In this document: one piece after another, positions 27,942 to 37,078 of the stretch
How the letters are laid out: each line of letters opens with the position of its first letter
Position numbering within the stretch: position 1 is the first letter of the stretch
Notes under the pieces: model-generated
What the model was told of the DNA's origin: nothing
What the model saw: only the letters and a program-made list of their open reading frames with translations
The model's database searches: none
Program-made: the position numbers and the translations under genes
NCBI GenBank assembly: GCA_045617385.1
Contig: JAZLIM010000090.1
Coordinates: forward strand, 2,845-66,844
DNA length: 64,000 nucleotides
Reading direction: 5' to 3'
Source of the DNA: Treponema sp.
Lineage (GTDB): Bacteria > Spirochaetota > Spirochaetia > Treponematales > Treponemataceae

Positions 27942-29108
27942 TTACGGCTGCAGACTCTTTACATATTCGAATTCACCTTCTTCTGTAACGCGAACGACAA
28001 CAGCATCCTTAATTGGGTCTCCATCAGGAGTAAATTTCATATTTCCTGTTACACCGGCAAAGCTTGAAATCTTTCCCATAGCTTCTTTGATTGCTACACG
28101 GTCTTTTTTGAGGTTTCCTGTAAGACCTGCATCCTGAATTGCCTGAAGAACGATATAGATTGCATCATATGTAAGCGCAGCTACATCATCAGGAGTATAA
28201 CCGTAGGCTTTCTGGTACTTTTCAATAAAGTCTTTTGTTTTTCCAGTTGCACCCTTTGCTGCATAATGTGTAGTGAAGTAGTCACCAACAACTGCCCCTT
28301 TTGAAAGTGGGAAAAGGTCAGCAGATCCCCATGAATCAGAACCCATTACAGGCTTTGACCAACCAAGGTCTTTTGCCTGTGAAGTAATAAGTCCAACAAA
28401 GTTATAGTAATCAGGAAGATAAAGGAAATCTGCATCTGAGTTTACGACCTTTGTAAGCTGTACACTGAAATCCTGATCCTTCTGACCAAATGATTCAAAT
28501 ACAACAACTTTTCCGTATTTTGTTTCCCATTCACTTTTAAAAAGTTCGGCAAGGGTTTTCGAATAGTCGTCTTCAAGGTTGTAAACGATAGCAACTTTCT
28601 TTCCACCAAACTGTTCACTTGCAAACTTGGCAGCTACAGGAGCCTGGAATGGATCCAGAAAGCAGGCACGAAAACAATATGGTCTTCCAAGAGTTGCTTT
28701 AGGATTTGTTGCCCAAGGAGTAATCATAGGAACTTTCATATCGTTGTAAACTTCACCTGCTGCAATTGCGCGTCCTGATCCTTCAGGTCCAATTGAAGCC
28801 AGAACCTTATCAATATCAATAAGCTTATTTGCTGCATTGATTGCTGAATCCGGTTTCAGTTCGTTATCAACATAAATGAATTCAAGGAGATATTTTTCCC
28901 CATTTACTTCAAGACCGCCAGCGGCATTAATTTCATTCTTTACGATTTCTCCTGCATATTTACCGCTCTCTCCAACTTTCGGGGAGTCTCCGGTAAGAGG
29001 AATATTGAAACCAAGTTTGATTGTTTTCTGCTTTTTGGCAGCAAAGGCATTTGTCATTGCCATAGAAGCAATAACACCAAGAACGATGAGTTTACGAAGT
29101 TTAACCAT
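27942..29108 (-). CDS. livK: Amino acid ABC substrate-binding protein (LivK/PBP1 family)
   Basis: Signal peptide ending AFA; PLTG, PMITPWATN, FRACFLDPFQ, DFSVQLT, ALTYDA. Start MVKLRK with GGAG RBS. Confidence 0.8.
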   Translation of the reverse strand: MVKLRKLIVLGVIASMAMTNAFAAKKQKTIKLGFNIPLTGDSPKVGESGKYAGEIVKNEINAAGGLEVNGEKYLLEFIYVDNELKPDSAINAANKLIDIDKVLASIGPEGSGRAIAAGEVYNDMKVPMITPWATNPKATLGRPYCFRACFLDPFQAPVAAKFASEQFGGKKVAIVYNLEDDYSKTLAELFKSEWETKYGKVVVFESFGQKDQDFSVQLTKVVNSDADFLYLPDYYNFVGLITSQAKDLGWSKPVMGSDSWGSADLFPLSKGAVVGDYFTTHYAAKGATGKTKDFIEKYQKAYGYTPDDVAALTYDAIYIVLQAIQDAGLTGNLKKDRVAIKEAMGKISSFAGVTGNMKFTPDGDPIKDAVVVRVTEEGEFEYVKSLQP

Positions 29109-29263
29109 AACGGACTCCTTTTTGCAAAAAGCCCGGCTGGAAATCAGCAAAGCTTTTCGCATATAAAATTAGAACGCCATACGACATTCCTTTTTTTTAC
29201 ATGCATCCAGCATCTTTGCTGACTTATGTAATTCTTTTGTACATAACTTATTGGAAAATCATT

Positions 29264-29322
29264 TTGTTCACATTGTACAATATATATAAATAATCAAACT
29301 TTTAATTGTGCATTTTAAACAA
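29264..29322. promoter_or_regulatory. Two TTGT-N9-ACAA boxes (29264-29280, 29306-29322), putative PucR-family operators
   Basis: ttgt tcacattgt acaa and ttgt gcattttaa acaa, 42 bp apart, upstream of livK. Confidence 0.6.
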
Positions 29323-29370
29323 AAAAAAAAGTTTCATACAAAAAAAAATCTATTTCTGTATGAAACTTTT
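29321..29370 (-). terminator. Terminator downstream of the Fe-ADH gene
   Basis: 14-bp stem AAAAGTTTCATACA/TGTATGAAACTTTT with a 10-U run on the minus strand. Confidence 0.8.
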
Positions 29371-29390
29371 ATTATTACAAATAATCGTTT

Positions 29391-30548
29391 TTATTTATTT
29401 CTCAATCTTTCATAAATTGCTATCTGCTCTTCTTTTGTAAGAATTTTCCAGCAGTTGGCCGGGCTTCCTGAAGCAACAGAATCCCCTGCCATCTTATCTT
29501 CGAGGGCAGCGAATTTTTCAAGGTCCAGTCCATATTCACGGAGAGTCGGAACCTGAAGTTCCTTTGTCAAAGCTTCAAGAGCTTCAATGAATTTTTCAGC
29601 TCCGGTTTTCGGGTCACAGCCCGGTTCTGCAGCTCCAATTTCAACAGCAAGATTTGCAAACTTTTCGTAACAGCCATCAAGAACTGCCTTAAGACATTCA
29701 ACTGCAAGCATAGCATTCGAAATTCCATGAGGAACATGGAAGCATGCTCCAATAGGACGGCTCATTCCATGAATGATTGTAGTTGGAGCACCATTGATTG
29801 CAACACCTGCTTCGTATGCTGCAAAGCTCATATTTTCACGGGCTTCCAGGTCTTTTCCGTTTTCACAGGCTTTTGGAAGGTATTTGAAAATACGTTTTAC
29901 AGCATCAACACAGAACATGTCTGTAATCGGATTTGCTTTACGGCAGGTGTAGCTTTCTACCGCATGACAAAGGGCATCCATTCCGGTTGCAAGTGTAATG
30001 CTTTTTGGAGAAGACACAGTGTAGTTGTAATCAATAACTGCAATTTTTGGAAGAAGACCGTCTCCTTTAAACAGCAGTTTTTCATCAGTCTCTGTGTTTG
30101 TAAAAACAAAATAACGTGTAACTTCTGAACCTGTTCCTGCAGTAGTAGGAATAAGAACAAGAGGAGCAAAGTTCCCTGTTAATTCTTTTCCCTTGTAATC
30201 AATCATTTTTCCAGGAAGAACAGCCATGGCCGCAATCGCTTTTGCAGTATCAATAGGAGTTCCTCCGCCAAGTCCTACAATAAAATCACACTGACGTTCT
30301 TTGAAAACTTTAACGCCTTCCATGATCATAATATCAGTCGGTTCACCAGGTAAGTCGTTAAAAATTACAGATTCAATTCCAAGAGAAAGAAGGAACTGTG
30401 AAACTTTATTTGCAAGACCTGTCTGTGTGATTATTTTTCCTGTTACAATAAGGGCCTTTCTTCCATACTCAATAAGATATGGAGCTGCCATTTCCAAAGC
30501 ACCCACACCGATCAAAGTCCGGGGAGCAGTTGTAAAATTAAAAGTCAT
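29391..30548 (-). CDS. Iron-containing alcohol dehydrogenase
   Basis: GLGGGTPIDTAK, IPTTAGTGSEVT, GMDALCHAVE, IHGMS, HVPHGISNA. Confidence 0.92.
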   Translation of the reverse strand: MTFNFTTAPRTLIGVGALEMAAPYLIEYGRKALIVTGKIITQTGLANKVSQFLLSLGIESVIFNDLPGEPTDIMIMEGVKVFKERQCDFIVGLGGGTPIDTAKAIAAMAVLPGKMIDYKGKELTGNFAPLVLIPTTAGTGSEVTRYFVFTNTETDEKLLFKGDGLLPKIAVIDYNYTVSSPKSITLATGMDALCHAVESYTCRKANPITDMFCVDAVKRIFKYLPKACENGKDLEARENMSFAAYEAGVAINGAPTTIIHGMSRPIGACFHVPHGISNAMLAVECLKAVLDGCYEKFANLAVEIGAAEPGCDPKTGAEKFIEALEALTKELQVPTLREYGLDLEKFAALEDKMAGDSVASGSPANCWKILTKEEQIAIYERLRNK

Positions 30549-30560
30549 AAATCATTCTCC

Positions 30561-30618
30561 AAAAAAAAAAGGAGACAGCAGAATCAAAAAAAACAAACAA
30601 AAAAATTCTACTGTCTCC
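30561..30618 (-). terminator. Intrinsic terminator between aminotransferase and Fe-ADH
   Basis: Stem GGAGACAG(U.G)AGAAU with a U-rich loop, followed by 10 U immediately before the GGAG RBS of the ADH. Confidence 0.75.
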
Positions 30619-30630
30619 AGGTGTCAGTTT

Positions 30631-31959
30631 TTAGATGTATTTTTCATCAACAATGCTTAATACTTCATCAAGCTTTTTAAGTTCTTCATCAATCTGTGCT
30701 TCTGTGATAATAAGCGGAGGAGCAACGATGATTACGTTTTCATGTGAGTAAGTAAAGAATCCCCTGCTTTTTAGTTCCTTTACGATTGCTCCCATAATTC
30801 CTTTCGGATCCTGTCCCCATGGAACAAGAGGTTCTTTTGATTCAGGATCTTTTATCAGTTCAACACCGCTGAAAAGTCCGATATAACGAACATCACCTAC
30901 ACATGGATGTTTTGCCTTGATCTTTTCAAGAACTTTTCCAAGGTGGGCACCTGTTTTCTGAACGTGTGATTCAATGTCATTCTTAAGATAGAATTCCTGA
31001 CAGGCAACACCGGCAGCACATGCCAGAGGATGTCCTGAATATGTCAGACCACAGCTTAAGTAAACCTTGTCAAAAAAATGTGCAATTTCTTTTTTTACGA
31101 TTGCACCACCAAGAGGAATGTAACCTGAGTTAACACCCTTTGCAAAAGTTACAATATCCGGAGTTACGTCAAAGTTCATGTAAGCGAACATTTTTCCGGT
31201 TCTGTACCAGCCGGCCATAACTTCATCACAGATCATCATGATTCCGAATTCATCACAGATTTTTCTGACTCCTTTAAGGTAGTTCTTTGGATAAATGATG
31301 ATACCGTTTGAACCGATTACAGTTTCAAGAATGATGGCAGCAATTCTGTCACCGCCTTCAAAAATTACCTGTTCGCGGAGTTTGTGAACATAGTATTCAC
31401 ATTCTTCATCTTCGGAAGCAAAAGGAATTTTTTCCTGATATGAATATGGACCGACAAAGTGAATGAATCCTGGAATTGCAGGTTCAAGTGCAAAATGACG
31501 TGGTTCCCCAGTCAGGTTTCCTGCACCGAAAGTAGATCCGTGATAAGAACGGTACTGGCTCATAACCTTGAAACGGCCTGTAAACATGCGGGCCATTTTG
31601 ATTGCATTTTCATTTGCATCGGCACCACCGTTTGTAAAGAAAACTTTTCCGCCTGCAAGGTCCGGAAGTCTGTCCATAATAGATTTTGCAAGTTTTGCGC
31701 GAGGTTCAGCACCCCAGGAGCCCTGAACATACGCATATTTATCAAGCTGGGCTTTAATAGCCTCATTCATTTCTTTGTTTCCGTAACCGGCGTTTACATT
31801 AACCTGTTCAGAAGACATATCTGCATAACGATTTCCTTCTGTATCGTAAATGTAAATTCCTTCTGCATGATCAACAACAACAGGATTAAGTCCTTCCTGT
31901 TTACTCCAACCAAGTAAAACATTAGATGTCTGCATTTCTGCAACTTCTTTAGCTGTCAT
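30631..31959 (-). CDS. Class III (omega) aminotransferase; beta-alanine/taurine/GABA-type
   Basis: FFTNGGADANENA, SYHGST, ICDEVMAGWYRTG, PDIVTFAKG (PLP lysine), GLTYSGHPLACA. Start MTAKEV with GGAGG RBS. Confidence 0.9.
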   Translation of the reverse strand: MTAKEVAEMQTSNVLLGWSKQEGLNPVVVDHAEGIYIYDTEGNRYADMSSEQVNVNAGYGNKEMNEAIKAQLDKYAYVQGSWGAEPRAKLAKSIMDRLPDLAGGKVFFTNGGADANENAIKMARMFTGRFKVMSQYRSYHGSTFGAGNLTGEPRHFALEPAIPGFIHFVGPYSYQEKIPFASEDEECEYYVHKLREQVIFEGGDRIAAIILETVIGSNGIIIYPKNYLKGVRKICDEFGIMMICDEVMAGWYRTGKMFAYMNFDVTPDIVTFAKGVNSGYIPLGGAIVKKEIAHFFDKVYLSCGLTYSGHPLACAAGVACQEFYLKNDIESHVQKTGAHLGKVLEKIKAKHPCVGDVRYIGLFSGVELIKDPESKEPLVPWGQDPKGIMGAIVKELKSRGFFTYSHENVIIVAPPLIITEAQIDEELKKLDEVLSIVDEKYI

Positions 31960-32020
31960 ATATAAGTCCTCCATAAATAAACTCTGTCATTCAGGCAGAT
32001 AAATTTTTTATAAATTAAAA

Positions 32021-32094
32021 TTATCACCTTTTAACAAGTTTTATATTGACAAAAGGTACAAATCTTTTTAATTTTTGTTGTAATTTTTGTACAT
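32021..32094. promoter_or_regulatory. Divergent promoter region with TTGT-N9-ACA-type boxes
   Basis: ttgt aatttttgt acat (32078-32094); weaker ttat-N9-acaa (32021-32037); TTGACA at 32046. Confidence 0.5.
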
Positions 32095-32117
32095 CTTTAT
32101 TTTCAGGAGAAAAATTT

Positions 32118-33314
32118 ATGGCATTAACATTACAGACAATCATAAATTTTACAGAAACTCCTTTCCGACTGAAGCTTCTTGCAGGAAAAGAAGGCTTAAA
32201 GAAAAATGTCAGCTGGATTTACTATACAGAAGATGCATCCACAATTGAGTTTATTCGTGGAGGCGAACTGGCAGTAACTCTTGGAATCAATTACGAAAGA
32301 GAAAAAGACAACCTGAATAAAAAAGGAAAGAACCATCTTTATGAATTCCTGAAAGTCTACATAGACAATTTCATTGAACACAACGCCACAGGCCTTATAA
32401 TCAACACAGGAAAATACATTACAGAGATTCCTGAAAGCATCATTAAATACTGTGATGAAAAAGCCTTCCCTCTTTTTTCAATGCCGTGGGAAGTCCACAC
32501 AATCGACCTGATGCAGGAAGTCGGTAACATGATTTCTAGCGACAACCAGAACAGCAACACAGTTGAAAAATTCTTTTACCGTGCAGTTTTTGAAAAAGAA
32601 AAATTTGACCCGGTCCAGATTGCAAATACAGCTTTTTATGACACACAGAATTTTTCTGTTGTAATAATCAATTTCAGTCTTGAGCAGTTCAATAACGATA
32701 CCGAAAAAATCAAACGATACATTCAGTATACTTTCAATCCAAAAATGAACATCAGCCAGAGCCAGTACTGCAGTTTCCTGCATAAACAGAAAATTGTTTA
32801 TATCGTGAAAGATGACAATACCCAGTTCCTTCACGAAATTCTCCTTGTTGCAGGTGTGGACCGATTCTTCAAAGATTCTTTGATTTCAGTTTCCGACTAT
32901 TCAAGTTCTGTAGATGATCTTTCGGAATTATACAAGCATGCAAGTGTAGCCCTGGAAATAAATTCACAAGTCCATAAAATCAATTACTACGAAGACCTTG
33001 GAATCTACAAAATCATCGTTGGTGTAAAGAATAAAAAAATCCTTCAGAAATTTTATGACGATACTTTGGGAAAACTGAACGACATGGAAAATGAAAAACG
33101 TGAAGATTTCCTTAAGACTCTTTCACTTTATCTGAAAACCGGAGGAAACGTCCTTAAAGTTGCAGAACTGAACAACGCCCACAGAAATACAATTCTTTAC
33201 AGAATAAACAGACTTCAGGAAATTCTTGGAGTTGATTTATCGGACGGAGAAATAAGAACAGAACTTCAGGTTGCCCTTTACCTTAGAACAATATCAAAGA
33301 AGTTCCAGGCTTAA
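32118..33314 (+). CDS. PucR-family transcriptional regulator
   Basis: N-terminal LLAGKEGL..VSW..FIRGGEL; C-terminal TL..YL...GN....A.....HRNTILYRINRL HTH. Start at ATG 32118 with AGGAG RBS. Confidence 0.92.
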   Translation: MALTLQTIINFTETPFRLKLLAGKEGLKKNVSWIYYTEDASTIEFIRGGELAVTLGINYEREKDNLNKKGKNHLYEFLKVYIDNFIEHNATGLIINTGKYITEIPESIIKYCDEKAFPLFSMPWEVHTIDLMQEVGNMISSDNQNSNTVEKFFYRAVFEKEKFDPVQIANTAFYDTQNFSVVIINFSLEQFNNDTEKIKRYIQYTFNPKMNISQSQYCSFLHKQKIVYIVKDDNTQFLHEILLVAGVDRFFKDSLISVSDYSSSVDDLSELYKHASVALEINSQVHKINYYEDLGIYKIIVGVKNKKILQKFYDDTLGKLNDMENEKREDFLKTLSLYLKTGGNVLKVAELNNAHRNTILYRINRLQEILGVDLSDGEIRTELQVALYLRTISKKFQA

Positions 33315-33339
33315 GATGCATTTCTGCATCTATAAGCTT

Positions 33340-35577
33340 TTACTCTTTCGTAAGGAACTTAACAAACTCTTCTGCAGGAACCGGCTTTGAGTAGAAGTAT
33401 CCCTGGATATCATCACAGCCTGTTCCTTTCAGGAAGTCTACCTGGTATTCATCTTCAACGCCTTCAGCTGTAATGTAGTATCCAAGGTTATGGGTCATTT
33501 CAATAACCCCTGCAAGAACCTGGCGGCCAAAGTCATCTTTAATTCCGTCTATGAGACTCTTGTCCATTTTAAGGGTGTCGTAACACTGCAGGTTCAGAGT
33601 TGAGAGAGCTGTGTAGCCTGTACCAAAATCATCCATAAGGACCTTGATGCCCTTTTCGCGGAAAGCATTCAGAAGAACGGAAATGTTATCTCCGTCACTT
33701 ACAAGAGTTTCTGTAACTTCAATCTGAATCTCCTTTGGAGAAAGCCCGGAATTCTGAAGAATTGAACAGTACTTTTCAACAATCCGGTTACGGTACAAAG
33801 TGGCCTTACTGATATTTACAGAAACCGGAATAACCTTATAGCCCTGTTTTTTCCATTCAGACTGGTACTGACACACCTTACGGAAAATGTATTTATCAAG
33901 CCGTGCAATCTTACTTGAAGTTTCAAGAAGCGGAATAAATTTTACAGGAGACATAATATCTCCGCCTTTGTACTTCCATCTTACAAGAGCTTCACAGCCT
34001 GTAAGGATTTTGTCTTTTGTAGAAAATTTAGGCTGAAGATAAATTTTGAATTCTTCGTTCTTGAGTCCTGTTTCAAAGTATTCTTCAATTTCCTGGGATT
34101 CAAGCTGCTGGTCCTGCTTGTCTTTATCAAAGAAAGAAATTCCGTGTTCAGCTTTTGCATCCTTTACAGCAATCTGAGCTTTTCCAACTGTTACTTCAGC
34201 GTCTTCCCCTTTGGTTGCACGGCACACACCAAACAGAACGTTGATCCAGGAAACCTGCATTTCCTGAGCTTTGTCGTGAATCAGTCTGCTGATTTTCTGA
34301 AGCCGGTTTCTGAGAAGAATTTCAGAATTCTCATTGAAGTAAAGAACAAAAACATCATTCATTGAATGACAGAAAAAATCACGCTGAAGTTCCTGTTCCT
34401 TTAAAATTATCCATACGGCTCTCAAAACCCGCTGGCTTTTTTCGTTACCAATTGCAAGTGATGTATGGGTAAAATTTTCTATCTGAAGGTAAACAATGAA
34501 TCCGTGAGAAATATGAAAACGGTTCAAAGCATCGCAGAGGCACGGAAGGTTCGGGCCGCCTGTAACCATTGAAGAGAATGCAAGCCTTCTGGCATTTTTT
34601 CTCTGCTTAACTGTTACAAGCTGAAGTGTAACTATACTTATGATACCGAAAGAAATCACAAAGAAAACCATGCGGAAAAGATTTCTCTTTGTAGGATAAA
34701 ATCTTTCCTGCAGGTAATCTGCCGGAACAATGGAAAGAACGTTCCAAACTGTTGAACCGTTCAGTAAAGGAACAGGCGTTACGTGATAAAAATAATCTAC
34801 ATTTGAAAGGGAGATGGTTCCGAATTTTATTTCTCCACTAGCCTTCTTTTCAAGAACAGAATCAATCATTTCATTTCTTGAATTGAATCTGGAACCCATT
34901 TCACCCCAGAGAACGTCATAGATATTGTCGTAAATATCAAGAAGAAATCTGTTGGAAGAAAGATTTACTACACCATGCTGGTTGAAAACAAAAATATCTC
35001 CGTTCCCGTCAAAGTAAGTATGTGAAAGCTGTTCATTAAAAATTGCACTTTTATAGGTAAGGGCCGCGATTCCGTCAATCTCACCGTTACGTTCATAGAT
35101 CGGAGTAGACATGATGGTTACCATTTCGTGGGAATCATCCATGGCATCCTTCAGAATATCGGAAATATAATCTTCACCTTTTATGCTGCGCTGGAAAAAC
35201 TCACGGTAAGAAAGGTTTATTTCTTTTCCTTCCGTGGCATGAGCAATTCCGTTTCTGTCGCAGAACCCGATTCGCTTAAGATTGAAGGCTTCAGACACAG
35301 GAACAAAAAGTTCAATATTTTCCTTGCGTTTATCTGGTTCCAGGTTAAAGCGCATGGCCACACTTTTCAAAAGGTCATAGCGGAGATCGACCGATCTTTG
35401 AAGTGCATTTGCATTTTCAGAAGCAACATCTTCCAGGTTCTGTTCAAGCTGTTCAAGATAATTCCGTTCTACAAGATAAGCACAACGGATTACGGCTGCA
35501 CATACACATAAAAGGCAGCCGAAAATAATTGAAGCGTAGCTGAAGACTTTTCTTTTTCTGGTGAATCTTGGAATCAT
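33340..35577 (-). CDS. Membrane-anchored Cache-sensor / degenerate GGDEF / EAL c-di-GMP phosphodiesterase
   Basis: Two TM helices flanking a Cache-like domain (YREFF); SMNDVF replaces GGDEF; intact EALVRW, EVTE, DDFGTGY, EGVE, QGYFYSKP. Start uncertain (track 35634). Confidence 0.88.
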   Translation of the reverse strand: MIPRFTRKRKVFSYASIIFGCLLCVCAAVIRCAYLVERNYLEQLEQNLEDVASENANALQRSVDLRYDLLKSVAMRFNLEPDKRKENIELFVPVSEAFNLKRIGFCDRNGIAHATEGKEINLSYREFFQRSIKGEDYISDILKDAMDDSHEMVTIMSTPIYERNGEIDGIAALTYKSAIFNEQLSHTYFDGNGDIFVFNQHGVVNLSSNRFLLDIYDNIYDVLWGEMGSRFNSRNEMIDSVLEKKASGEIKFGTISLSNVDYFYHVTPVPLLNGSTVWNVLSIVPADYLQERFYPTKRNLFRMVFFVISFGIISIVTLQLVTVKQRKNARRLAFSSMVTGGPNLPCLCDALNRFHISHGFIVYLQIENFTHTSLAIGNEKSQRVLRAVWIILKEQELQRDFFCHSMNDVFVLYFNENSEILLRNRLQKISRLIHDKAQEMQVSWINVLFGVCRATKGEDAEVTVGKAQIAVKDAKAEHGISFFDKDKQDQQLESQEIEEYFETGLKNEEFKIYLQPKFSTKDKILTGCEALVRWKYKGGDIMSPVKFIPLLETSSKIARLDKYIFRKVCQYQSEWKKQGYKVIPVSVNISKATLYRNRIVEKYCSILQNSGLSPKEIQIEVTETLVSDGDNISVLLNAFREKGIKVLMDDFGTGYTALSTLNLQCYDTLKMDKSLIDGIKDDFGRQVLAGVIEMTHNLGYYITAEGVEDEYQVDFLKGTGCDDIQGYFYSKPVPAEEFVKFLTKE

Positions 35578-35665
35578 AGTTTTGTGTATAAACCCTCTAT
35601 TCCAATGATAACACCAAATATTAAATATCTCCAACAGAAATTTTTGTTAAGAAAGTAAAAAAAAT

Positions 35666-37060
35666 TTACAAAGATTTATTGTCTATTTTCTCTTTTACAA
35701 TTTTTCCTACAACCCCGCTGAGAAGAAGCAAAGCTATAAGGTTCGGGATTGCCATAAGACCGTTGAAAGTATCTGCAATTTCCCAAAGAAGCCCAAGGTT
35801 CATTGTGGCACCCACAATCGAAACAAACGAATAGATTACAAGGAACGGCCGTACAGATTTGTTTCCGAAAAGGAATTCAATACATCTTGAACCGTAAAGC
35901 CCCCACCCGATGATCGTTGAGAATGCAAAACAGCAGAGGGAAACAGCTGTAAAGATTGAAATCCAGCCGCCGTAAGTTTTTGTAAAACCGGAAATTGTAA
36001 GTTCCGCGCCGGCGGCCTGACCGTATACCACTCCAGTTCCCGAACAGAGAATTACAAGGGCTGTAAGAGTACAGATTACGATTGTATCCATGAACACTTC
36101 AAAGATTCCGAACATTCCCTGTCCTGAAGCGTCCTGTGTATCTGCACAGGCGTGGGCAATTGAACCGGTACCAAGGCCAGCTTCATTACTGAAGATTCCG
36201 CGGGAAACCCCTTTCTTAAGGCTCATGAACATTGCACCTACAGCCCCTCCTGTCACAGCCTTTGGATTGAAAGCTCCCTGGAAAATACTTCCGAAAACTG
36301 CAGGAACTGTTTTTATGTTGATGAATACAACACCAAGCCCCAGGATGATGTAAAGAACGGCCATGAACGGAACGAGTTTTTCAGTAACCTGCCCGATTCT
36401 TTTTACTCCACCAAGAAGAACCATGGCAACCATAACAGCAATAAGAATTCCGAATACAAGATTCACGGTTGCATAATTTGTTGATTCCCCAAAAACATTG
36501 AAGTTCATAAGAGCAGAATCAATTGATGCTACGATAGTGTTCACCTGTGTGGCGTTTCCTGTTCCAAAAACTGTAAGCACACCGAAGGCAGCATAAAGGA
36601 AAGCAAGCCAGGTCCAGCGTTTTCCAAGTCCGTTTCTAATGTAATACATAGGACCGCCAACATGTTCTCCGCTGTCGTTTGTATCACGGAAATGAACTGC
36701 AAGAGTTACTTCTGCAAACTTTGTACACATTCCAAGAAAAGCTGAAACCCACATCCAGAAAACTGCCCCTGGTCCACCAAGAGCAAGAGCACCGGCAACG
36801 CCAGCAATGTTTCCAGTTCCTACAGTTCCGGCAAGGGCTGTACATACAGCCTGGAAAGGACTCATCGTTCCTTCGCGTGCGGTTTTCCTGTCAAAGATTT
36901 TTCCGATAGTATTTTTCATTGCGGATGAAAATTTCCGCACCTGAATAAATCTTGTTCTTACAGTAAGAAGAATACCAACTCCCACAATACAGATCATTGC
37001 AGGAATTCCCCAGATAAAATTATTTACTGAACCATTGATTTTTGAAATTACTTCAAGCAT
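35666..37060 (-). CDS. Alanine/glycine:cation symporter (AGCS, AlsT-like)
   Basis: ALAGTVGTGNIAGVA, GGPGAVFWMW, GGPMYYI, RGIFSNEAGLG, NGLMAIPNL. Confidence 0.93.
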   Translation of the reverse strand: MLEVISKINGSVNNFIWGIPAMICIVGVGILLTVRTRFIQVRKFSSAMKNTIGKIFDRKTAREGTMSPFQAVCTALAGTVGTGNIAGVAGALALGGPGAVFWMWVSAFLGMCTKFAEVTLAVHFRDTNDSGEHVGGPMYYIRNGLGKRWTWLAFLYAAFGVLTVFGTGNATQVNTIVASIDSALMNFNVFGESTNYATVNLVFGILIAVMVAMVLLGGVKRIGQVTEKLVPFMAVLYIILGLGVVFINIKTVPAVFGSIFQGAFNPKAVTGGAVGAMFMSLKKGVSRGIFSNEAGLGTGSIAHACADTQDASGQGMFGIFEVFMDTIVICTLTALVILCSGTGVVYGQAAGAELTISGFTKTYGGWISIFTAVSLCCFAFSTIIGWGLYGSRCIEFLFGNKSVRPFLVIYSFVSIVGATMNLGLLWEIADTFNGLMAIPNLIALLLLSGVVGKIVKEKIDNKSL

Positions 37061-37078
37061 TTTGTTTTCCTTATATTT

